64,000 nt of DNA, taken from NCBI GenBank assembly GCA_030248215.1, contig JASANG010003810.1:558001-622000 (forward strand), given 5' to 3'. The notes beneath the pieces were generated by a model. That model was given only the letters and a program-made list of their open reading frames with translations. It made no database searches and was not told where the DNA came from. This DNA comes from Enoplolaimus lenunculus. Lineage: Eukaryota. Position numbers and translations under genes: made by a program. Shown here piece after piece: positions 1-10,777 of the stretch (position 1 is its first letter; each line of letters begins with the position of its first letter).

Positions 1-308
1 TTACTCGGAATTTTCAATGGATTTGACGGGATCACAGGACGTCCAAGAAGAGATAATTGTTAAACGCTGCGCATTGTGTATTTGTTTCGCTTGCACTGCT
101 TTAGCAGAATGGGGTTATCAGTGGCAAGGGCAGGTAGAAAATTGAAAGAAAATACTTTTATCCGGCTTCAGAGTAACGTTCTGGATCTTAGGGATCATAA
201 AGTTGTCTTTTGGACGGTGCGTAATCCCTTCGACTCCATCGTACGCCACTGATGTTTACGTTTAATACCTTATACTTAAAAAAAGATAAACTCAGTAATG
301 ATTTTGTC

Positions 309-499
309 GGACCATGTATAGAACAGGGCCAGATCGTTTTCCGGCTGAACTGTAATAGGATCAGTTTAAGCTTTAGACTAACTTTTTTGCTTAGGTTTAT
401 GCTTAGGCATAGGAATAGGCTCATCCTTACGCTTAGGCTTAGTCTTACGCTTAGGAGTATGCTTATACTACAGTTCCGGCGCTGTTCTATACATTGGCG
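309..499 (+). mobile_element. TTAGGC-containing MITE, family A (GG termini, 8-bp TSD)
   Basis: TIR ggaccatgtatagaacag...ctgttctatacattggc; perfect TSD ATTTTGTC (301-308 and 500-507); degenerate TTAGGC interior. Confidence 0.85.
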
Positions 500-1729
500 A
501 TTTTGTCGATCACAGATTTCAGCCTCCATCGTCAGCTTCGTTAGGAAAATTTTCAACCTTGCTTGTAAGTCATTGAAAACTATTGTATGCGACTCGTGAA
601 AAATATTTATTCAGCATAGCAAGGTGAGCTGGCTACAGGTTTGCGGTGTAAGTGATGTTTAGCCGTTTCCTTTGGCTTAAAATACCTTACGTCAAACGGT
701 TCGACACAAGCGTTCTCTCAGAGTTGCGTGACTTGGTTTATATTTGCGAACTGAATTGCAATAATAATGTCTGCCTGTATTGCGTGATCGAACTGTAATA
801 TTGCATTTCTGCTTTGTACAAAATTTTGCTTTCTTTAACCCCCCCCCACCCCGGTGATTTCAACAATCTTTCAGTGCAGAGTAACGTAATTTCAAACGTG
901 CAGATTACAGTTGAAATGTAAACTTAGGCAACCGTATTCTCAAATGTGTATAGCACATATTACCAGTTGCTGATAGGTCTATAACTTTCGAATTAGGAAA
1001 TGGTGAAGGGGTCGGGGTCGACTAAAATGCAACGCTCGGTGGTACATTTTTTTGCCATACAAATTTCGGTAGTTGCACACTTTTGGTAGAGTGATCATCC
1101 ACGCTTGGTTATAGCAAATCATATGCGAAAAATGTGCTGTATAAGCCTCAGCATTACCTGGCTCGTCAGCTACAAGACTTATTATCAACTGGTGATAGGT
1201 GCTACACACATTTGAAAATATGGGCGCAAATCACAAATTTATGCACAATGTGTTTTATTTCAAAATCTATAAGCTTTTCAAACGGCGTTTTTGCAAGAAT
1301 TTATAGAGTCCCTAAACCCTAATTAGAGCTCATAAATGTCAATTTTCCCTAATTGTAGCGCATAAATGACTCCAGGACCAAATAAAGTTGAGTTCGAAAC
1401 TTTAAAGCATACTTAGTTTTGAAAGTACATTCCTAAGTATAACCTTGCATTTTCGCTCAAGCTATTGACACAAGACAAATAAACGTTTAATTCAACGGAT
1501 AGCTGCAATACCGGTTGTATACTAGTAACGAATGACGGCGGAGGGCGGGTTAAAAATAAATAACAGTCCGTAACCGAATAACAGGGGGTACCCTCTGGAG
1601 AGGCCAAATAAATATCAGCCCCCCTCTTATTCGGGTCCCTACAGTAATTAGGTTAAGCTTCTTTTTCGTGGTTTTCGAATGCTTCCCTAGAGAATTTCTT
1701 ATTATTACCCGTTCTCACATACAGTAGAC

Positions 1730-1926
1730 GGTCAATGTATAAAACAGGGCAGTAACAGTAATATAAGCATATGCCTAAGCTTTAACCCAAGCTTAAGCCT
1801 AAGTGTAAGAATGAGCTTATACCTAAACCTTAGCCTAATCCTGAGCAAAAAATAGTCGTATAACTAAAAACTTGCTCTATTGCAGTCGCGCAGAAAAACG
1901 GTCCGCTCCTGATCTTTACCAAATCC
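1730..1926 (-). mobile_element. TTAGGC MITE family A nested in a piggyBac-like MITE remnant (about 1707-2150)
   Basis: TSD CAGTAGAC/TAGTAGAC; flanks match the ttctcacat...gaaaatattcatg element at 18277. Confidence 0.75.
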
Positions 1927-2215
1927 TAGTAGACTGTGAACAACTTGGACCCAAAAACTGTGCAAAATGTAGTCGGTAACAGTTACTATGCGCGCAGTGC
2001 AAAATCTCCATAAGACGTGAGAGCCCCATCTGAGAGAGCGTCCAGAATGTTGTTGGTCCACACCGAGTACTTGGAAGACCCGAATTCAAATCGTAGCTTG
2101 AAAGTTATGTCCGACAAGAAATAGAAAATATTCATGCGAGAAAAAAGCTAAATTTTTTACGGCAAGTTTCAAAATTCTGTTTTGTATCTTGATTTCCCGT
2201 GTTGATTATTTTATC

Positions 2216-2326
2216 GGCCCATGTTACTTTTAGGGTCGTCCAGGTTTCTGGTGGGTCTGTAAAAAGTAGGCTTTGGCTTAGAAGTACGTTTAATCTACTG
2301 TTACACCTCTAAAAGTAACTTTGGAA
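2216..2326 (+). mobile_element. TTAGGC MITE family B, short copy
   Basis: TIR ggcccatgttacttttag...ctaaaagtaactttgg; TSD ATTTTATC/CTTTTATC. Confidence 0.75.
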
Positions 2327-2702
2327 CTTTTATCAATGTCACAAACTATCAGAATTATCTTTTAACCCAACAACACCCTAGGTTAATTATAAATCCTGTA
2401 AACCCTTCTATTTCATATACCAAACGGCTTCCCGTCAATCCCGTAGCCAAAGGGGGCCCACGAGTTCAGTCCCCCCTGAAAAAACTTTGGCTCAACTCAG
2501 AAAATTTCAACTTACTTGTAAGTCAACGAAAACCCTTGTAAGCTCCTTCAGAAAAAAGTATTTTTTAGCCCATCCAGCAAGGCGAGCTGGCCACGGGTTT
2601 GCTCCATGCAACACGCGTTTTCCCAGCGCGTGTTGACAACGATCTTATAGACAGAACAAAATCAAAATTCTACTTGTATTCAAACCCAAACGCTTGTCAA
2701 TA

Positions 2703-2790
2703 ATAATAACAACAACAACACCACCAACAACAACAACAATAACAACAACAACAACAACAACAACCAACAACAACCAACAACAACAACAGC

Positions 2791-2827
<37 letters not shown>

Positions 2828-2918
2828 GCGAACAACAACAACAACAACAACAACAGCAGCAGCAACAACAACAACAAAAACAACAACAACAACAACAACA
2901 ACCAACAACAACAACAGC

Positions 2919-2952
<34 letters not shown>

Positions 2953-3051
2953 GCAACAACAACCAACAACAACAACAGCAACAACAACAACAACAGCAAC
3001 AACAACAACAGCAACAACAACAACAACAGCAACAACAACAACAACAACAAT

Positions 3052-3088
<37 letters not shown>

Positions 3089-3090
3089 GC

Positions 3091-3121
<31 letters not shown>

Positions 3122-3128
3122 CCAACAA
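2703..3128. repeat. (CAA)n microsatellite with CAG/CCA interruptions, about 425 bp
   Basis: Directly visible; source of the poly-Q/T/N/L/V/C ORFs. Confidence 0.97.
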
Positions 3129-3317
3129 TCCCTCTTCGCATGTTCCGTCTCTCATCCTATAAGTTGTCGTTGGCAATTTAATTCAACTTTCTTGTACTTA
3201 AATTCAATTGTTGCTATACGCAGTAGTGGCGTGCGTTTTCTTGAGCCCGAGTTTCATTTGACAAAGGGGATACAGAACATTTTAAGGTTGGCCAGAACAG
3301 CGCCGAAAAAAAGCATA

Positions 3318-3487
3318 TGCCTAAGCCTAAGCCTAAGCGTAAGGATGAGTCTAAGCCTAAGCCTAAGCCTAAGCTTAAGCTTAAGCCTAAGCCTAAGCCT
3401 AAGCTTAAGCCTAAGGCTAAGCTTAAGCCTAAGCGTAAGGATGAGCCTAAGCTTAAGCCTAAGCCTAAGCCTAAGCCTAAGCCTAAG
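3318..3487 (-). repeat. interstitial telomere-like (TTAGGC)n array inside a family A-like MITE body
   Basis: Near-pure (GCCTAA)n on +, followed by the family A sub-terminal segment gcaaaaaagttagtctgaagcttaaact. Confidence 0.9.
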
Positions 3488-5549
3488 CAAAAAAGTTAGT
3501 CTGAAGCTTAAACTGTGTCTATTACAGCCGCACATGAAAAGGCCCAACCATGGGCCTCAAGACATAACGAAAATCCGCATCCACCTGTTAAACCCTTAAA
3601 TTTAAATTTTCATAACAAAAATTTAAAAATATTTCAAAGGAACATTTCCGTAAAGTCTGCCGCTACTCTATGGCGGGAGGGGTGAAAACATCCGATACTT
3701 TGAAAAAGTGTTTGCACCCCCCGGTCAAGATTTTGTCACGGTTACGCTGGTACTGGCATAGAAGGTGCTGTCTAGTTTGGGACGACACAAACGACAGATC
3801 TTGTAAGCTTTTGTGCGGTTTGGGTACAGACAAGATTTAGCTTTGTGAGGAGACATGGTAACTTTAATTTTGAACTCAACAAATCGTACGAACCTACAAG
3901 CTAAGATAACCATTTGGGGCGATTGAAGGGGCGTTCGGGCAAACGGATCCAAAGTCAGTTTCAATCCGGTTCAACTACTGTTCAGGGGGCTGTCAACTGA
4001 AGTTTATTTTCAATGAGAACCTGGGGGTGGGGGCAGGATGGCTTTCGTTGAAAAATTTCTAATCCCAAACCCTTGTTCTGGTTGGGACGTGAGATTGAAA
4101 GAAACAACACAAAATGATTGAACGGCAAGACACAAAGGTTTCGATTCGTTGATATTTAAGCGGATTTACAGCTTCGATTTGATGCCTTCAAGCGCATCGC
4201 GTTTGTTTGGCGAAAGATTAGCGTCGTTGAGTTGAAACTTGATTTAAAGCTAAACGAATAGCAACGGGTGTAAAGTTGAACTCATCGTTCAACTGAGACA
4301 ACTCTAAGGGTTGCACTATGCTCGCCGAGCGGTGATTGACGGCGCTGCCCGTCACCATGCGTAGCCGCGCGTCACAATGCTGATTTTGCGCACGGTGACG
4401 TGCAGTGTCGTCCGACACAGTAAAGTATAGCGCAAGCCTAAGACGAAAGCTTGTGCTCAAATTGAAGCTAAGATGGCTCAAAGGTCGATAGCGTTTGAAT
4501 CACTGGTTGAAATTTTGGTGTTCGCTTTGGTATGGTAGACTTGGTTTCGAATCAATGGCCATATTCTCAAATGTAGCTCGTATCTATTATCAGCTGACGA
4601 TAAATCCTGTAAATTTCGAACCAGCCAAATGAAGAGTTTTAATATTTGGTGCCTTTTTAGCTGTTTATTGGACCTTTTTGTGAGCCGAATTTGACGCTTG
4701 CAGTCGGTTCAGTTTGCTTGTTGAGAAATTGGTTAGTAACTGTTGATAGCTGCTACACACATTTGAGAATACGAGTTCTAGTCTGATGATGTATTCAAGG
4801 TATATCAATGTTCAACTTAAAGTTCATAGCACTTTTTTGTCGTATTTTCGTAATTAAGGGTGGGAGGCATACAGTCCCGTTACCATATCAACCTGGCGGA
4901 AAGCTAAAAAATTTTCAGGAGGGTCAGGCAAGATTTTACCTCTACTTAATATAAACGAAGTTGAAACTTGTCTGGGGGGCAAAAATTTTATAAGGGACGG
5001 GGCTGAGCCAATCTTATGGTCCTAATCAGGCACGGTCCCTATGCTATCCCACCCACCACATCATACGAGTCATTTTAAATTCATTTCAACCACAACAGAA
5101 CGTGTATTGTCAATGAAAAGGCTCAGACGTGCCCACCATAAGCGGCCTTGGTGCCATAATTAAATTTATTACCATCATCTCTGCCATTCTGGTTAGTCTT
5201 CACGGCCGGCCTGTCTTTACGGCGGTACAATTGTTCTAAAGTTCAAAGGGGTGTACAAGAATTTGTTTGAAGCAGCCGTTAAAGAAAACCGCTAAAGATA
5301 TACTTAAAGTAACAGAAAATTACTGGACAGCTTAAACGCTTGAACGGTATCATTTATGGTTCATGGTCGAGGGGTCCAAACAGGGGTTTTATCTTACGAA
5401 CGTTTCATCTCAAGTAAAATGCGTCAGTAATCGAGCGTAGCGGGTACGTAAATGTTATTTTGACCCCCATGAGTAATCAGGTTCTAAGGTCTGTCTGGTA
5501 TTTTATCCGTCCGCAAATATTACGGGATTCGCTCAGTATCCCCTGGCAT

Positions 5550-5711
5550 CAGGCCCGCAGCCAGCTCACCTTGCTAGGGGGGCTAAAGATTTTTCAGGAG
5601 GGGCATTCAAGCGTTTTAAATGAGTTACAAGCAAGGTTAAAAACTTTCTAGGGAGGACCAAAATTTTCCAGGGGGGATGAGCCTTCCCTGCCCCCCTTGG
5701 CTACCAGCCCG
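5550..5711 (+). mobile_element. hAT-like MITE (about 160 bp); further copies near 537-640, 2440-2600, 6705-6865, 16603-16773, 21592-21745, 22102-22252, 38056-38149, 40217-40370, 42920-43080, 45916-46286, 53016-53405
   Basis: CAGG-type TIR caggcccgtagcc...ggctacgggcctg; perfect 8-bp TSD CCTGGCAT here, GTGAGAAC/GTGAGAGC at the 38056 copy. Confidence 0.85.
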
Positions 5712-6888
5712 CCTGGCATAAGCCATTTACCAGTTAAGCTAATCCTAAGATATCTACGCCTCGCTACAAGACTGTAGTGGTTGCTATTAGACTTTGAGGC
5801 TGTTCAGAGAAACTTGGTTCGTCTGGTCTTCTTAGTTGTCTTGTAGAATTAGGGCTGACTTAGCTAACCTCGCACTAAGACCTGAGCATACGACAATCTG
5901 CTTACATCCGTGTAGGTGGCTGTGCCACACTTAATCCTATTTCAAACTAAAACTAAAATATAAAAATAAAACCCTATATTAAAACCACACCTTAAGGGAG
6001 TCCCTGGCTCCACCTAGTCTCTCTTAGAACTTAAGTTAGGCTTAGGCGTTGCTACAAGGCGTAGGAATTGATAAAACTATGCTATGGCGGCTGTGTCCGC
6101 AATGTAAACTTACCTGGGACCCTGCGTGGCCATTGAATAATGATGTATAAATGTGACGGCTCGATTTGCGGTTAACGACTTAGCTAGTCTAAGTCATCAT
6201 GTCGTGAGTGTCCGACATGATTGGTTGTTATTTGTTGTTGTTGTTGTATATGGTGTAGGCGTACAGGATTGGAACCGGGTGATTGGCTCTGGACCTCAAC
6301 CGCAACGCGGACACCCAATTGTGGGTGTCGGCAGAAATGCAAATGAGGTCGAGACGCAAACAAGGGTAGCCAGGACCGGAATCAGTATCATATTCTTGGC
6401 TGGTAGAAATCGGTGCGATTGTTATATTGAAAGAACATAACAGGCGATACAGGATACCGGCTTAAGGCAAAATCACGAACTTCTCACAATCCGGTTCAGG
6501 AATGGGCATCCGCACAGAGGATACTTGCGCTACCCCACATCAATTTTAACGAGGGTCCGTCTGAAGTTACTAAACCATATATGTTGTAATTAGAATTTCA
6601 TTAGTTCTGTGACATATTGAAATTCCTTTATGCCCCTATTGGTAAATTTGCTAGAAACTGCGCCATTTTAGGTCGATTCAAGAGGCCAAAGCTAGGGCTA
6701 AACACAGGTCCGTAGCCGGCTCACTTTGCTTGGGTGGGCTAAAAAAATTTTCAGGAGGTACATACAAGGGTGTTCAACCACCAACATGCACGTTTGAAAA
6801 TTTTCTATGTGGGGTCAAAAGTTGGCAGGGGTGGAGGCTGAGTCCCCCTGGCTCCCGCTTTGGATACTCGCGTCCAATTAGCCTGTTA

Positions 6889-7111
6889 GACCCATGTAAA
6901 GTTCAGGGGCGGAACGTTTTCCTATAGGACTAGAAAAGGATGAGATTAAGCTTTAGACTATTTTTTGCTTCGCTTAGTCTTAGGCTTATGCTTCAAAATA
7001 TGCTCATTCTTACGCTTAGGCTTAGGCTTAGGCTTAGGCTTATGCTTACTTTAGGTCTAGGCTTTGGAATATGCTTATAATACTGTTTCGTCCTTGTTCT
7101 GTACATTGGCC
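6889..7111 (+). mobile_element. TTAGGC MITE family A
   Basis: Family TIRs; TSD GCCTGTTA/GCGTCTTA. Confidence 0.8.
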
Positions 7112-7329
7112 GCGTCTTATCAGCGATTCACGGACTTAAGTATTTATTTTAACATTTAATTCAGCTTAAAATATTTGTTAATTAGCAAAATTTCAGCTTA
7201 AAAGTAATGGTTTTTATATTTATTTCAGTTTAGAAACAAGGCAATTATTTTTGAAATATGCTTTTTAGTCAATGAGAAAAATAGTATAATTTCAAAAACA
7301 AGCAAAACTTGCTTCTTGCAGAGTCTATG

Positions 7330-7775
7330 GATCATATTCTCAAATGTGTGTAGCAACTATTACCAGTTGGCGATAGGGATTGTAACTTTGTAACAAACGA
7401 ATGATGAAGTGCGAAATTCGGCTCTTTTTTAACATTTAATTTGCATTTACTTCAGTTAAAATTTGAAGATCTGCAATTGCACGAGTTTGTCAGTTTACAA
7501 ACCTATCGCTATCTGGCTAAATAGATGCTATGCACATTTGAGAGTATAAGCCAAGGGCCCATATTCTCTAATGCGTATAGTACGTATCATCAATTAGCGA
7601 TAAGTTTGAAACTGACGAATATCTGCAGTTGCAGATCTCAAAATTGGTACAGAAGTAGGGCAAATCAAACGCGAACAAAGTGCTGAATTTCGAACCTCAC
7701 CATGCGCGTGTTTCAAAGTTACAGGACATATTACCAACTTTTGATAGGTGCTATTCACATTTGAGAATACGGGCT
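7330..7775. mobile_element. two adjacent copies of a ~220-bp TIR MITE (cccatattctcaaatgtg...cacatttgagaatacggg); other copies near 931-1224, 4558-4775, 32973-33198, 34770-34980, 36690-36912, 42650-42890
   Basis: About 45-bp terminal inverted repeats shared among copies; TSD not resolved. Confidence 0.8.
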
Positions 7776-9221
7776 TAGGAATCGCAAACATACATAACAA
7801 CAACACAAACACATATATACACTTATTTATTTTTCTTAATTTTTTACCTTTTGTCCTGACTCCCTTCGGACAGTGTCGGGACAATTAACAGTGTCTACGT
7901 ACCGCATAAAATTGTACGTACACCCTAGTTGCAGCTTCAATTTGTGCACAGATCCCTACCGGGCGGTTGGACAATTTCTTACATTAGTGCGCGCATTTTA
8001 ATGTGGATGACCCATTATAGTGTTTGAAGTACAACTTTTATAAATGGTTTATATATATTTCGTTTTGAATAATTTCTCTTATTGTCAATATGTTCTGGTT
8101 TTGGCTTAATTCAGATAAATTATGTTTAAACTTACAGCAGGGGATACCCCGAATTATAAAAAACCCTCAAAAATTTTCAAATTTTCCAAAATCAGCACCC
8201 CTTTTACGAAATCACGTTGACCCGTTCACTATTTCCGAGTCAACCGTACGTATAAGAATACTCTTTAACCTGGGCACAACCGGAGGTCTGCGCCCGGTTC
8301 TGGCTCCGCCAGAAACGCGCCCTCTCGCTCCGGCTGTGGCTCCGGTTTTTAGCCGGTGGTTCCGGCAATTTCAGCAGTGAAATTTTGCAACATTTTACAA
8401 AATTTATCTGTTTGGAGTGTTTCGAGTTAACTTTTGGCACAATTTTAAGGAAACAATTACCGAGATTTCGCAAAAAAATAAGCGTAAAACCAAACGATTT
8501 AACAACACATTACAGATATTTGCTAAAATAAACAAATTAAACATCATTTTAATTACCTGGTTTCGACTCTATAGGTATTTCTGTCCATTATCCGCTAATA
8601 GTAAATAAACTTAACCCTAACCTAATTTTTATCGTCAGTTCCAACAGCCTATCTCAAAGTCATCAGCCTAATCCTTAAAGTGAAAACTGAATCACCTAAT
8701 TCCTATGCCTATCCCTAAGCCTAAACCTAGACTTATTACTATACGCTTAAACCCGTGTACATCCCTATCACTAGACGCGACTGTTTTTGCCAGAAATTCG
8801 AGCCTAACTCCTAAACATTAATACCAATTTAAACCCAGCCCAAACCTAACCATAAAACAATGCCTTATGCCTATTAAACCTAAGCCTAAACTTGCTCAGT
8901 TCTTATGCTGTTTGTTCAACTTATAACGCTATAAGCTGTCGAATTTCAGCATTCATATACCGCCCGCAGTTTACAGCTTATTCTGGTTAGAAGTATAGAT
9001 TTAGGTTTGTGCTTGGCAAAACAAGGATTGTTATTTTATGAAAAAATTCTCAAGGGACTACTTGTGATGTATATATACGCGTCGTGAGATAGAAAAAACT
9101 TTTTAAATTAGTTTCGTTCCACATTAATATAGTCTTTTCGAAGTTCTATGTCAACCAGTATCACAAGGTTTTGTGTCTAAAACTTCGCTGGTATAGAATA
9201 GACAGTACCAGAGCAAGTTAG

Positions 9222-9806
9222 GGTGGGACTACAAAATTCCAAGATGTGGGTCCCACCGAAATCCATGATGTGGGTCCCACCGAATTCCATGATGTGGACG
9301 CACCAAATTGCAAGATGTGGGTCCCATCGAATTCCATGATGTGGGACCCACAAAATTGCAAGATGTGGGACCCACAAAATTGCAAGATGTGGGACCCACA
9401 AAATTGCAAGATGTGGGTCCCACCGAATTCCATGATGTGGGACCCACCGAATTCCATGATGTGGGACGTACCAAATTGCAAGATGTGGGACCCACAAAAT
9501 TACAAGGTGTGGTTCCCACCGAATTCTATGATGTGGGACATACCAAATTGCAAGATGTGGGACCCACAAAATTGCAAGATGTGGGTCCCACCGAATTCCA
9601 TGCTGTGGGACCAACAAACTTCAAAGATGTGGGTCCCACCGAATTCCAAGATGTGGGACCCACAAAATTCAAAGATGTGGGTTCCACCGAATTCCAAGAT
9701 GTGGGCCCACAAAATTCTAAGATGTGGCACCCACAAAATTCCAAGATGTGGGACGACCCACAAAATTCCAAGATGTGGGACCCACAAAGTTAAAAGATGT
9801 GGGCCC
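9222..9806. repeat. 24-bp minisatellite, about 24 copies (gatgtgggWcccacMRaattScaW)
   Basis: Directly visible 24-nt period, matching the 8-aa periodic ORFs on both strands. Confidence 0.95.
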
Positions 9807-10614
9807 CCTTGCGATAATCAAAATTTTTTTTCAAATTGTGATAAATATTTTAACGGCTATTTTTTGTTTAAAAAATCTTATAAAGGGTGAGGACCTTTAG
9901 CTGGGGCGGACCCCCCAAATGGGTAATATGATGGTGGCTGCTCGAACCATGAGAATAAACAGTGAACCAATAGGAGCTATATTGTCAAATGTGTTTACTA
10001 CAGGTTGGTGATGGGTCTTGTAACTTTTTTGAATTTAACAGAATTTTAAATTTTAAGCTTTTTAAAAATTATTTTGCCTCAAATATGGTTGTTGGGCAAA
10101 TGAGAGGTCGGCCGAATGCAGCGTACGTGAGCGTACCTGCAGAATAGTTCATATTGAAACCAGTTGCGCTATATTTTCATTGCAGGCAGCTTTGGAAAAG
10201 TAGAAATAGTAATCTTTCGTCACCTTGGGCCATACATATAATCGTCAAAGTAAATGCAGGTGATTTGTATTTTGAACGGATATCGAAACTCCGATCTAAG
10301 TAAGGATCAAGTGCGCACCGCTTTGTCTGTGGGACTGCAATAGAGTAAGCTTAACCTTTAGACTATTGTTTGCTGATGCTTAGCTATAGGCATACAGCTT
10401 ATTTTTACGGTTAGGAATAAGTTTGGCTTTAGGCTTAGGAATATGCTTATACTACTTTTTTGTCCCTGTTCTATTTATTGTCCATTTTTGTGAGGTTGAA
10501 CCATTCATTTGATTATCGAAGTAAAAATTCATGTGACTTGTATTTCGAAAGCTTATCAAAAGTCTGAAAAATTTGGACAATGCTGTAATTAATAAAATTG
10601 TTACATGTGATCTT

Positions 10615-10777
10615 GACCCATGTAAAGATGAGGGGCGGAACGTTTTTATGTGGGACTGCAATAGAGTAAGCTTAAGCTTTAAAATATTTTTTGCTTGGCT
10701 TCTTAGGCTTTGTCTTTTAAGCTTAGGCTTAGAAATATGCTTATAATACTGTTCCGCCCCTGTTCTTTACATTGGCC
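10615..10777 (+). mobile_element. TTAGGC MITE family A
   Basis: 27-bp TIR gacccatgtaaagatgaggggcggaac...gttccgcccctgttctttacattggcc; TSD GTGATCTT/GTGATTTT. Confidence 0.88.

Noticed and set aside
3318..3487. True telomere
   Set aside because: Short, interrupted, internal and bounded by MITE sequence.
2645..3599. Poly-Q/N/T/L and (KP)n/(LS)n ORFs
   Set aside because: Translations of (CAA)n and (GCCTAA)n repeats; no splice context tying them to the CELF gene.
6107..6135. U1 snRNA gene (AAACTTACCTGG)
   Set aside because: Only the first 12 nt match; no U1 stem-loops or Sm site follow. It is simply the reverse complement of a donor consensus.
9177..9890. Overlapping 80-214 aa ORFs, or a CRISPR-like array
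   Set aside because: Pure 24-bp tandem repeat with no unique spacers and no cas genes, in eukaryotic DNA; ORFs arise because the unit lacks stop codons.
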